In this document: positions 6,889 to 16,084 of the stretch, piece by piece
Position numbering within the stretch: the stretch's first letter is position 1
Layout of the letters: each line of letters opens with the position of its first letter
DNA from: Bacteroidales bacterium
Lineage (GTDB): Bacteria > Bacteroidota > Bacteroidia > Bacteroidales > UBA12077
Direction of reading: 5' to 3'
DNA: 31,863 bases
Assembly: GCA_028282585.1 (NCBI GenBank)
Contig: JANQHR010000077.1
Coordinates: 1-31,863, forward strand
Translations under genes and position numbers: made by a program
Notes under the pieces: model-generated
What the model saw: the letters and a program-made list of their open reading frames with translations, nothing else
Told to the model about the DNA's origin: nothing
Databases searched by the model: none

Positions 6889-9789
6889 TTAGTTTACTTT
6901 AACAGTTTCAAAAGTAAATTCACCTTCACGGTATTGTTCAATCGGAGCACAATTACATATTAAGTTTCTGTCACCAAAACCATCATCTATTCTGCTCACA
7001 GAAGGCCAGAATTTATTCTCACGAATCCAATTTAACGGGAATGCTGCTTTTTCTCTTTCGTAAGGACGATCCCAATCATTAGCTACAACAACATCTTGTG
7101 TATGAGGTGCATTTCTCAGAACATTATTTTCAGTATCTGCTTTTCCATCTTTAACCTCAACAATTTCATTATAAATAGCTATCATTGATTCTATAAAACG
7201 ATCTAGTTCCTGTAATGATTCACTTTCAGTTGGTTCAACCATTAGTGTCCCATGAACAGGGAAAGATAATGTTGGAGCATGGAATCCATAATCCATTAAT
7301 CGTTTAGCAATATCTGCTTCCGTTATGTTTGCCATTGGTTTAAAATTACGGCACTCAACAATCATTTCATGCGCTACATAGCCAGTTTCTCCTGTGTAAA
7401 GAATATCATAATACCCTTTTAATGAAGCTGCCAAATAGTTTGCATTAAGAATTGCTATTTTACTTACACTTGTTAATCCTTTGCCACCCATCATTTTAAT
7501 GAAAGCATGCGAAATTGTAAGAACATGTGCACTTCCCCAAGGAGCTGCAGCCACTGCTTTTATTGCTTTTTCTCCACCCGTTTTAACCACAGGATGAGAA
7601 GGTAAATAAGGTAGTAATTTTTCGTTAACACCGATTGGTCCAACCCCAGGTCCACCACCACCATGTGGTATGGCAAAAGTTTTATGTAAGTTCAGGTGAC
7701 AAACATCTGCTCCAATGCTTGCCGGATTTGTTAATCCAAGCTGAGCATTCATATTTGCCCCATCCATATAAACCAAACCGCCATTATCATGAACTATTTG
7801 GTTCATTTCTCGAATTTGACTTTCAAAAACTCCATGTGTTGAAGGGTACGTTACCATCCAAGCTGCCAAGTTTTCTTTATGTTCTTCTGCTTTCTTTTTT
7901 AAATCATCTATATCGATGTTACCATTTTCATCACATTCAACCACAACAACCTTCATTCCTGCCATAACAGCACTTGCAGGATTTGTCCCGTGTGCTGAAG
8001 AAGGAATTAATGCAACATTTCTATGACTCTGCCCATTCTCAATATGATATTCACGAATAACCATTAAGCCCGTATATTCACCTGCCGCACCAGAATTAGG
8101 TTGAAATGAAATTGCATCAAATCCTGTAATAACTTTTAAGTCTTCTTCTAATTCTTTAAATAATTGATGATATCCTTCTGCCTGATCAGTTGGCACAAAT
8201 GGATGTACTCCTCCAAATTCGGGCCAACTCATTGCAAACAATTCATTTGCTGCATTTAATTTCATAGTACAAGAACCTAATGAAATCATTGAGTGAGTAA
8301 GTGAGAAGTCTTTTCTCTCTAACTTCTTGATATAGCGCATCATTTCTGTTTCCGAACGGTACCTATTGAACACTTCCAGTGTTAAAAATTCAGAATTACG
8401 TTTGAATTTAGAATCAAAAGAAATTTTCTCAATGATATGGCAGGCAACATCATCCTTATTACCCGAAGATTGAGCAAATATTTCAATAACATCATTTAAA
8501 TCAGTTAATAATGTGCTTTCATCTATACTAATCCCAATGGTATTATCATCAATATAATTAAAATTGATTTCTTTCTCTAAAGCAAGTTTTTGAATATCTG
8601 CAGATTTTACATTTCCAAGCTTAATTTTTAATGTATCGAAAAAATCCTTATTTTCTTGCTCAAATCCAAGGGCTTGTAGCTTTTCATTAAGAGTTACTGC
8701 CATATTGTGTATATGTAAAGCTATACGCTTTAAGCCTTCGGCACCATGAAACACAGCGTACATACCTGCCATAGTAGCCAATAGTGCTTGTGCAGTACAA
8801 ATATTTGAAGTTGCACGCTCACGTTTAATATGTTGCTCACGAGTTTGAAGAGCCATACGAAGAGCTAACTTATTTTGCGAATCTTTTGAAACACCAATAA
8901 TACGACCTGGTATGCTTCTTTTATATTTCTCCGAAGTAGCAAAATAACCTGCATGTGGTCCGCCATATCCCATAGGTATACCAAATCGCTGTGTTGATCC
9001 AACAACAACATCGGCTCCCCATTCCCCTGGAGGTGTTAATAGAACTAAACTCATAATATCAGCTGCTACTGCAACTGCTGTTTCATTTGCATGAGCTTTT
9101 TCAACAAATTCTTTGTAATCCTCAATCTTTCCATCAGCAGCAGGATATTGAACAATTGCTCCAAACATCTTATCATTCAGTTCAATTGACTTAAAGCTGC
9201 CTTTTACAACTTCAATTCCTAAAGGAACTGCACGTGCTTCAATTACATCAATATTTTGAGGGAACATGTTTTCATCAATAAAGAAAACATTTGCTCCAGC
9301 TTTTGCCTGTTTTCTAGGACGTGCATTAAAAAGCATTATCATTGCTTCCGATGCAGCCGTAGCCTCATCTAGCAATGATGCATTGGCAAGCTCCATTCCT
9401 GTTAAATCTGCAACAATCGTCTGGAAATTTAATAAAGCTTCTAACCTTCCTTGAGATATTTCTGCCTGATAAGGAGTGTACGAAGTATACCAACTTGGAT
9501 TCTCTAAAATATTACGCTGTATAACTGCCGGAGTAATAGTATCGTAATACCCTAAACCAATGAAAGATTTAAACAATTTATTTTTTGCACCAATTCTTCG
9601 CAATTTTTTTAAATACTCGTATTCACTAATACCCTTACCAATTGCCATTGGTTCTTTTAATCTAATTGCAGGTGGAACTGTTTTATCAATTAATTCTTCT
9701 AAACTTGAAACGCCAATTTTTTCAACCATTTTACTGATTTCATGATCCCTTGGACCATTATGACGTTGAACAAAATTATCTAGAGCCAT
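6889..9789 (-). CDS. gcvP: Glycine dehydrogenase (decarboxylating), glycine cleavage P protein
   Basis: YTPYQAEISQGRLE, TREQHIKRERATSNICTAQ, LGSCTMKLN, PLP-lysine motif HLNLHKTF, PHGGGGPG; 966-aa single-chain form. Confidence 0.98.
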   Translation of the reverse strand: MALDNFVQRHNGPRDHEISKMVEKIGVSSLEELIDKTVPPAIRLKEPMAIGKGISEYEYLKKLRRIGAKNKLFKSFIGLGYYDTITPAVIQRNILENPSWYTSYTPYQAEISQGRLEALLNFQTIVADLTGMELANASLLDEATAASEAMIMLFNARPRKQAKAGANVFFIDENMFPQNIDVIEARAVPLGIEVVKGSFKSIELNDKMFGAIVQYPAADGKIEDYKEFVEKAHANETAVAVAADIMSLVLLTPPGEWGADVVVGSTQRFGIPMGYGGPHAGYFATSEKYKRSIPGRIIGVSKDSQNKLALRMALQTREQHIKRERATSNICTAQALLATMAGMYAVFHGAEGLKRIALHIHNMAVTLNEKLQALGFEQENKDFFDTLKIKLGNVKSADIQKLALEKEINFNYIDDNTIGISIDESTLLTDLNDVIEIFAQSSGNKDDVACHIIEKISFDSKFKRNSEFLTLEVFNRYRSETEMMRYIKKLERKDFSLTHSMISLGSCTMKLNAANELFAMSWPEFGGVHPFVPTDQAEGYHQLFKELEEDLKVITGFDAISFQPNSGAAGEYTGLMVIREYHIENGQSHRNVALIPSSAHGTNPASAVMAGMKVVVVECDENGNIDIDDLKKKAEEHKENLAAWMVTYPSTHGVFESQIREMNQIVHDNGGLVYMDGANMNAQLGLTNPASIGADVCHLNLHKTFAIPHGGGGPGVGPIGVNEKLLPYLPSHPVVKTGGEKAIKAVAAAPWGSAHVLTISHAFIKMMGGKGLTSVSKIAILNANYLAASLKGYYDILYTGETGYVAHEMIVECRNFKPMANITEADIAKRLMDYGFHAPTLSFPVHGTLMVEPTESESLQELDRFIESMIAIYNEIVEVKDGKADTENNVLRNAPHTQDVVVANDWDRPYEREKAAFPLNWIRENKFWPSVSRIDDGFGDRNLICNCAPIEQYREGEFTFETVKVN

Positions 9790-9843
9790 ATTTTTGAATG
9801 TATTTAATGTATAAAAGGTTTATTTGTATAATTTATTCTTGTT

Positions 9844-9851
9844 CAAAATTA
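9844..9851 (-). promoter_or_regulatory. Candidate -7 box (TAATTTTG) for gcvP
   Basis: TAnnTTTG match about 55 nt upstream of the ATG; no clear -33 TTTG. Confidence 0.4.
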
Positions 9852-9953
9852 AAAATAAGAATGATCAATAACCATTAAAATTATCATGTAATTTGACCTG
9901 TGAACATGTTTTAAAACAAGTATTCGCCATCAATGTTCAGCACTTACATTCAA

Positions 9954-10592
9954 TCAATTAAAGAATGGATTAGTTGTTTTTTCACGTTCTATCGTTGTAC
10001 TTTCACCATGCCCGGGATAAACAACTACCTCACCATCCATTGTAAACAATTTTTGATTTATACTTGAGATCAATGTATCATAATCTCCTCCGGGAAGATC
10101 TGTTCTTCCAATACCTCCTGCAAATAATACATCACCCACAATTACAAACTTATTTTCTTCATTATAAAGAGCTATACTTCCGGGTGAATGACCGGGTACA
10201 TGTTTTACTTTTAAAACGGTATTTCCAAATTTTATTTCTTCGTTCTCCTCTACAAAAAGATCCGGTTTTGGAGGTTCCTGAACATTAAATCCAAAAGCAA
10301 TTGCCATATCATTAGAGCGTTCTAGTAAAGGCATATCTTCTTTATTCGCTACCGAAGGAACTTTATACTTATTCACTAAATAGGCATTCCCCATAATATG
10401 ATCAATATGACAATGCGTGTTAATCACATATTTTAATTGAAGATTATTTTCTTCAATAAAATCATCAACTTGCTTAAATTCTTTTTCATCGTTACAACCG
10501 GCATCAATTATAACGCATTCATTCGTTTCATCATAAAGTAAAAAAGTATTTTCCTGAAATGGATTAAATACAAAAATTTTTATTTTAGTCAT
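9954..10592 (-). CDS. MBL-fold metallo-hydrolase (glyoxalase II / GloC-like)
   Basis: THCHIDH, PGHSPGS, GDVLF, GRTDLPGG, PGHG motifs. Confidence 0.9.
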   Translation of the reverse strand: MTKIKIFVFNPFQENTFLLYDETNECVIIDAGCNDEKEFKQVDDFIEENNLQLKYVINTHCHIDHIMGNAYLVNKYKVPSVANKEDMPLLERSNDMAIAFGFNVQEPPKPDLFVEENEEIKFGNTVLKVKHVPGHSPGSIALYNEENKFVIVGDVLFAGGIGRTDLPGGDYDTLISSINQKLFTMDGEVVVYPGHGESTTIEREKTTNPFFN

Positions 10593-10602
10593 AATATTTA
10601 GC

Positions 10603-11244
10603 TTATTGTTTACCTTTTAACATAGGAACAAAAGAGAAGTACCCATGTTCAGATTCATTATATTCATTTTCTGCAACTTTGTCAATCGTCATCATAACTT
10701 GTCCATTTGATCCTCCTACAGGAACTACCATTCTTCCTCCAATCTTAAGTTGCTTTAATAATTCAGATGGTATTTCCGGGGCCCCGGCGGTAATTAATAT
10801 TTTATCAAAAGGAGCATTATTTGATATTCCTTTGTATCCATCACCATAGTAAAAATATGGTTTATAGCCCATTTCTGTTAGTAAAGCCCTCGACTTTAGA
10901 AAAAGTTCACGTTGCCTTTCTATAGTATATACCTTTGCTCCAAGCTCCAGTAATATAGCACATTGATATCCTGAACCTGTTCCTACTTCGAGAATTTTAT
11001 GATGTTTTTTAATCTGCAAAAGCTCTGTTTGAAAAGCTACTGTATAAGGTTGAGAAATTGTTTGTCCAGCCCCAATAGGAAATGCTTGATCTCGATATGC
11101 AAATTCCACAAAACTACTATCCATAAAATGATGCCTTGGCACTTTACCAATGGCTTCTATTACTCCTTGGTCTTTAATACCCTTAATCAATATAGTATCA
11201 ACCAATTTCTTTCGAAGCCCCTTATGCCTGTATGAATCAATCAT
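10603..11244 (-). CDS. pcm: Protein-L-isoaspartate O-methyltransferase
   Basis: VPRH, GQTISQPY, SAM motif LEVGTGSGYQ, APFDKILITAG, QLKIGGRMVVPVG, FVPM. Confidence 0.96.
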   Translation of the reverse strand: MIDSYRHKGLRKKLVDTILIKGIKDQGVIEAIGKVPRHHFMDSSFVEFAYRDQAFPIGAGQTISQPYTVAFQTELLQIKKHHKILEVGTGSGYQCAILLELGAKVYTIERQRELFLKSRALLTEMGYKPYFYYGDGYKGISNNAPFDKILITAGAPEIPSELLKQLKIGGRMVVPVGGSNGQVMMTIDKVAENEYNESEHGYFSFVPMLKGKQ

Positions 11245-11277
11245 TTAATATCTAAGTCATTTTTATAATAATTCACG

Positions 11278-11309
11278 CAAATATAACAGAACAAATCTCA
11301 ATTAGCAAA
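11278..11309 (-). promoter_or_regulatory. Full Bacteroidota promoter for pcm: TTTG-N20-TATATTTG
   Basis: On + strand CAAATATA at 11278-11285 and CAAA at 11306-11309, giving the canonical 20-nt spacer. Confidence 0.7.
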
Positions 11310-11475
11310 GTTGGTATCTTTATTCAATTAATTTATTATTGATTTATCTTTAAGATTCAATATATTAATTATATTGCAACTAAAAAGTAACTTAAAATTT
11401 GAGTTTTTCATCTTATCAACATAAATTGGTTAATAAATTGGTATATCTAACTATATGCTAATTTTCTAAAAAAAC

Positions 11476-11483
11476 TAAGTTTG
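11476..11483 (+). promoter_or_regulatory. -7 box (TAAGTTTG) for the Gfo/Idh/MocA-like gene
   Basis: TAnnTTTG match 20 nt upstream of the ATG at 11504. Confidence 0.5.
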
Positions 11484-11503
11484 TACATAATAATATTATC
11501 ATT

Positions 11504-12418
11504 ATGAAAATAGGGCTAATTGGAATAAATAGTTTGAGTCAGGAAGAACATTTTAAAACTATTCGTCAAGCTTTACATAAAAATTTATACGGAATATTCT
11601 CGCATTCCGAAGATGCTCTTCCTATTAGTTCTAATTATAATGTGAAATTATATAAGTCGGCTAGTGACTTATTTCAACATACAGATGCTATTTATTTTGC
11701 AAATTCCTTAAAACCTAATTATGATTTTGCATTAAATGCTTTAAAACAATCATGTCACTTATTTATTGAGGATGTTTCCGAATTGAATTTTGAAGATGTT
11801 AAACATTTATACAAAGTTGCATTTGAGGCTCGCGCTAAAGCTCAGCTAAAACTTACTAAGATATTTACACCGGAGTATATCAAAGTAAGAGATTATTTAA
11901 CAACAGCAAAACTAATTGAAATTAACAAGAGCTTTCGTAAATTAATGAGATTTGACGATTATTTTTCTGAAATTCTTAATAACCTATATTTCGCTTATAA
12001 AAATATTCATTCAGGTGTTAAAAAATTCTCAACGCTAGCTCTACCTATTGATAATAATTATTATAGCTTAGTTCATATCAGACTGGAGTATGATAATGGC
12101 GCTATTGTAAATATTAAGTTTAGTAATATAGCTACCGAAAATGATAGCTACTTATACTTTCATGAAAACGACAGAGTTGTTTACATCAATTTTAATAAAC
12201 ATTACGCTGATAAACTCCGACTTATAGAAGGTCAAATAAGGCGCAGGGAATTTACAATTCCAAAAGAAGAAGCTTTTCATATAGAGATGCATAATTTCAT
12301 CAATTCGTGTCAGAATCTTGATATGCAAAACTTAACCGAATCACCTACAGTGCTTAAGCTTATTCAATTAAGTCATGAAATAAAAGAAAAAATTATCCAA
12401 ACATCTCAACCATTTTAG
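11504..12418 (+). CDS. Divergent Gfo/Idh/MocA-family oxidoreductase-like protein with degenerate motifs
   Basis: MKIGLIG Rossmann start, DAIYFA...YDFALNALKQSCHLFIE, RLEYDNGAIVNI and C-terminal EMHNFINSC follow the family layout, but GxGxxG and EKP are missing. Confidence 0.65.
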   Translation: MKIGLIGINSLSQEEHFKTIRQALHKNLYGIFSHSEDALPISSNYNVKLYKSASDLFQHTDAIYFANSLKPNYDFALNALKQSCHLFIEDVSELNFEDVKHLYKVAFEARAKAQLKLTKIFTPEYIKVRDYLTTAKLIEINKSFRKLMRFDDYFSEILNNLYFAYKNIHSGVKKFSTLALPIDNNYYSLVHIRLEYDNGAIVNIKFSNIATENDSYLYFHENDRVVYINFNKHYADKLRLIEGQIRRREFTIPKEEAFHIEMHNFINSCQNLDMQNLTESPTVLKLIQLSHEIKEKIIQTSQPF

Positions 12419-12518
12419 TTAAACATTAAGGATACTCCTTTAATTACTTTTAATTTAGCAACAAAATTATTTCTTTTACGTTCTAAATTAGTACTCTATC
12501 ATTGCCAAGTAACTATTA

Positions 12519-13934
12519 ATGAATAAACAACTACACACTCTTAAATACCTTATTTTCGATTTTTTTGCAGCAATTATTAGTTGGTCATCATTTTATGTGT
12601 ATCGTAAAATTTATATTGATCCGGTTAAATTTGGAGATAAGGTTCCTATTGATTTTAATTACAAATTTATTTTAGGAGTAATTATAATTCCTATTTTTTG
12701 GATGCTCTTATATTACTTAAGTGGTTATTATAAGGATATTTATCGAAAATCAAGATTAAAAGAACTTGCTCAAACTTTTTTTACAATATTAATAGGCACT
12801 ACTATTATATTTTTCACATCAATTTTAGATGATCAAATCGTTTATTACAAACAGTATTATAATTTGTTTGGTGTATTATTCTTAATACAATTCTCATTAA
12901 CTTACATTCCTCGTGTTATATTAACTTCAGTAACAAATTATAAAATCCATCGTGGAAAAATTGGATTTAATACTATAATAATTGGTGGTAATAGAAAAGC
13001 AATAGACATATACAAAAAAATTGAAGATCAGCCGAGATCCGTTGGAAACAAGTTTATTGGATTTATAAGCATTTTTGAAAAAGAAAATTATCTCCTTAGG
13101 AAACATCTATCCAAGTTAGGTGCTTTAAGCGAATTACGATATATTATTGATAATTATAAGATTGAGGAGGTAATAATTGCTTTAGAATCTACTGAACATA
13201 AGGAAATCGAAAAAATAATAAATCTCCTAGATGATAAAGATGTAGTAATAAAAGTAATTGCCAGTATGTACGATATACTTACCGGAAAGGTAAAAATGGC
13301 TCATATATATGCTACCCCGTTAATTCAGATATCACATAACTTAATGCCTATTTGGCAACGGCAGACCAAACAACTAATTGACATTACATTCTCCTTATTT
13401 GCATTAATTATTTTTTCACCAATTATAATTTTCTTAGCAGTAGGAATAAAATTAAATTCGAAGGGCCCTGTATTTTATTGTCATGAAAGAATTGGGCAAT
13501 TTGGAAAACCTTTCACGTTATACAAATTTAGATCGATGAAAATTGATGCAGAAAAGAATGGCCCTATGCTCTCTTCGAAAGATGATAAGAGAATTACGTC
13601 TTTTGGGCGATTTATGCGTAAATGTAAACTTGACGAACTGCCAAACTTTTACAATGTTCTAAAAGGTGACATGTCCTTAGTTGGTCCGCGACCTGAGCGG
13701 AAATTCTTCATTGATCAAATAATTGAAAAAGCTCCGCATTATTTACACCTGCAAAAAGTAAAACCAGGAATTACTTCATGGGGACAGGTAAAATACGGAT
13801 ACGCAGAAAATGTAGAACAAATGATTGATAGGTTACAATATGACATACTCTATATTGAAAATATGTCGGTTTATGTCGATTTCAAAATTATGATTTACAC
13901 TATTTTGAAAATAATTAAAGGTAAGCATATTTAG
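12519..13934 (+). CDS. Polyprenyl-phosphate glycosyl-1-phosphate transferase (WcaJ/WbaP-like priming sugar transferase)
   Basis: Four N-terminal TM helices, central Rossmann-like domain, Bac_transf motifs KFRSM, RIT.FGRFMRK.KLDELP, GDMSLVGPRPER, KPGITSWGQV. Confidence 0.93.
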   Translation: MNKQLHTLKYLIFDFFAAIISWSSFYVYRKIYIDPVKFGDKVPIDFNYKFILGVIIIPIFWMLLYYLSGYYKDIYRKSRLKELAQTFFTILIGTTIIFFTSILDDQIVYYKQYYNLFGVLFLIQFSLTYIPRVILTSVTNYKIHRGKIGFNTIIIGGNRKAIDIYKKIEDQPRSVGNKFIGFISIFEKENYLLRKHLSKLGALSELRYIIDNYKIEEVIIALESTEHKEIEKIINLLDDKDVVIKVIASMYDILTGKVKMAHIYATPLIQISHNLMPIWQRQTKQLIDITFSLFALIIFSPIIIFLAVGIKLNSKGPVFYCHERIGQFGKPFTLYKFRSMKIDAEKNGPMLSSKDDKRITSFGRFMRKCKLDELPNFYNVLKGDMSLVGPRPERKFFIDQIIEKAPHYLHLQKVKPGITSWGQVKYGYAENVEQMIDRLQYDILYIENMSVYVDFKIMIYTILKIIKGKHI

Positions 13935-14488
13935 TCCAATCTAATTTTATATAAAACACTATAAATTGACCCTTGAGGAGTTAATTTACTTTCGTAAAAT
14001 ATTATTTCATTTACCTCAAATTCCTGTATCGTTTGATCTTTATATTTTTCAACTATTACTTCCAGGTGCTTTTTGTTTTTTAGAAATTTTATTCTCCCAA
14101 GGGTTAAATGAGGTACAAACTTCTTGTTTTCACTTTCATAACCAAATGTATTGATCACTTTATCAACCCTCAACTTCAGTTCTTGTAATGCTTGTTCTTC
14201 TTCCAACCCAAACCATAATACTCGTGGATTACTTATACTTTTAAACAACCCTAATTTTTTACATTTAAGCTTAAAAAATTTTATCCCTTTTAATTTCAAT
14301 TTAAGTTTTTCCGAAATCTCAGGAATCAATTTTTCTTCAGTATCTCCAAGAAAAAAAAGTGTTAAGTGCATATTCCCAGGATCCACCCATTTAATCTTTT
14401 CATCCCTCAACTGAAATTTGATATTATTAAATAACTCTGCAGTTTGTTTTGAAATGTTGATTTTTATGGCAACAAAGGTTCTTTTCAT
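13931..14488 (-). CDS. thpR: RNA 2',3'-cyclic phosphodiesterase (2H phosphoesterase)
   Basis: R.FVAI start, two HxT motifs (HLTLFFLG, PHLTLGR), PRVLW, YESKLTPQGSIY. Stop codons overlap with the convergent sugar transferase. Confidence 0.93.
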   Translation of the reverse strand: MKRTFVAIKINISKQTAELFNNIKFQLRDEKIKWVDPGNMHLTLFFLGDTEEKLIPEISEKLKLKLKGIKFFKLKCKKLGLFKSISNPRVLWFGLEEEQALQELKLRVDKVINTFGYESENKKFVPHLTLGRIKFLKNKKHLEVIVEKYKDQTIQEFEVNEIIFYESKLTPQGSIYSVLYKIRLD

Positions 14489-14583
14489 AATACGACTCTC
14501 TTGAAATCAAAATAAATTAAAATTATATTTACAAAAAAACTATTCAATTTATTCATTTAAAAATCCATAAAAAATAAAATATC

Positions 14584-15231
14584 ATGAAAAAAATCGCGGT
14601 CGTATTATCAGGAAATGGTGTATTTGATGGTTCCGAGATCCATGAAGCTACACTTACTTTATATTCAATTGTAAAAAATGGTGCTACATATGAAATATTT
14701 GCTCCAAATATTGAACAGCATCATGTAGTAAATCATATTACCGGAGAGGAAATGCCAGAGAAAAGAAATGTATTAGTTGAATCTGCGCGTATTGCCCGAG
14801 GTAAAATCAATGATTTAGCTTCTTTCGCTGCATCTGATTTTGATGCTTTGATCCTACCCGGTGGATTTGGTGCTGCAAAAAATTTAAGTTCGTTTGCTTT
14901 TGATGGAGCAGATTGCAAGGTAAATCTTGATGTAGAAAGAGCTATAAAAGGAATGATTGACCAAAATAAACCAATTGGCGCTTTATGCATAGCTCCTGTA
15001 ATTATAGCAAAGTTGTTAGGAAATGTTGAACTTACTATTGGTCAGGATAAAGGCACAGCTGATGCGGTAAAAAATATGGGTGCAACTCATGTAGAAACTA
15101 CGCATGGTGAAGTTGTAACAGATAAAAAATATAAACTTGTAACAACTCCTTGTTATATGCTGGATGCTAATATCGCGCAAATTGGTGATGGAGCTGACAA
15201 TATAGTAAAAGTAGTTTTGGACCTGATTTAA
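14584..15231 (+). CDS. elbB: ElbB/ES1-family glyoxalase (DJ-1/PfpI superfamily)
   Basis: AVVLSG.GVFDGSEIHEA, RNVLVESARIARG, PGGFGAAKNL, nucleophile GALCIAP, TTPCYM. Confidence 0.95.
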   Translation: MKKIAVVLSGNGVFDGSEIHEATLTLYSIVKNGATYEIFAPNIEQHHVVNHITGEEMPEKRNVLVESARIARGKINDLASFAASDFDALILPGGFGAAKNLSSFAFDGADCKVNLDVERAIKGMIDQNKPIGALCIAPVIIAKLLGNVELTIGQDKGTADAVKNMGATHVETTHGEVVTDKKYKLVTTPCYMLDANIAQIGDGADNIVKVVLDLI

Positions 15232-15242
15232 ATAATATTAAC

Positions 15243-15276
15243 TATAGATGCAGGTTTTATCCTGTATCTATATTTT
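15243..15276. terminator. Bidirectional terminator between elbB and the DUF4294 gene
   Basis: 12-bp stem TATAGATGCAGG (15243-15254) / CCTGTATCTATA (15261-15272), one G-U pair, followed by TTTT. Confidence 0.7.
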
Positions 15277-15910
15277 AAGACATTCCCAATCGCCTTATTA
15301 TAGTTGGGTCAATTTTAATCTGATCGGTTTCGATCATTCGAACAACTCGTTCAATCAAATAATCATCGCCTAAAGGATCGTACTCCGATTTCAAATCCGA
15401 TCCAAAGATTCTTGCAATAGTTTGCCAAAATACTGCAGATACTGATCCTCTTAAATACTTTAATAATTCATATGAAGTATTACCCGTTTCCCTGTCAATT
15501 AATTTCAATAATATCCTACCTTGTGTAATAGTAAGTTTTTTTAATTCATTTCCAAACTCATCCATTAACTTCTTCTCAACAGATTTTATATATTTCTTTT
15601 TTTCCTTTTCTGTCTTAAGATTTCGAAATTCATTTTCCATTTCGTCGAGCATGTTTTTTGCGTATACAGCATATGGATAGGCTTTTTTAACATCGCGTAT
15701 TAACTTTCTGTATTTTCTGGATTGTCTTTTGGTTTTAAAAACCAAACGCGGAAATACAACTACCTCATCTATAATCACATTCGGAATAGTGTCACCATCA
15801 ATCACCACAGTACGTGTAACAAAAAAGGTATCATTTTCGGAAACTTCCTGTGCAGAAGAAAGTCCTGAAATAGCAAATAAACAAACTAATATTAAAATAT
15901 ATCTTTTCAT
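15275..15910 (-). CDS. Secreted DUF4294-family protein
   Basis: Signal peptide (...LSSA|QE); motifs DVKKAYPYA, LKKLTITQGRILLKLIDRETG.TSYEL, FWQTIARIFG..LK.EYDP typical of this Bacteroidota family. Confidence 0.85.
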   Translation of the reverse strand: MKRYILILVCLFAISGLSSAQEVSENDTFFVTRTVVIDGDTIPNVIIDEVVVFPRLVFKTKRQSRKYRKLIRDVKKAYPYAVYAKNMLDEMENEFRNLKTEKEKKKYIKSVEKKLMDEFGNELKKLTITQGRILLKLIDRETGNTSYELLKYLRGSVSAVFWQTIARIFGSDLKSEYDPLGDDYLIERVVRMIETDQIKIDPTIIRRLGMS

Positions 15911-15939
15911 TAAAATGCAATAACAAAGTTAATACGATC

Positions 15940-16006
15940 CAAAATTAAAATTGTTGTTTCAACAACTAAGTTTGGTTCTATTTTTGTTGTGTTAAGGTTT
16001 TGTTAA
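15940..16006 (-). promoter_or_regulatory. DUF4294 promoter: -7 box (TAATTTTG) plus TGTTAA-N5-TGTTAA direct repeat
   Basis: CAAAATTA at 15940-15947; TGTTAA at 15990 and 16001, the same +50/+61 offsets as at 4521/4571/4582. An alternative -7 match lies at 15924-15931. Confidence 0.55.
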
Positions 16007-16084
16007 TAAAAAACTATCAATTTTTTAGCAATGTTGCCGCAGCCTTTATACATTGTAAAGTTTTTAAGAATTGGCCTAAAATAA

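Noticed and set aside
7635-7967. 110-aa ORF with HHHH motif
   Set aside because: Antisense shadow of the gcvP PHGGGGPG codons.
9790-9953. Glycine riboswitch upstream of gcvP
   Set aside because: Conserved GGAGA / CCGAAG / CUCUCAGG elements are absent.
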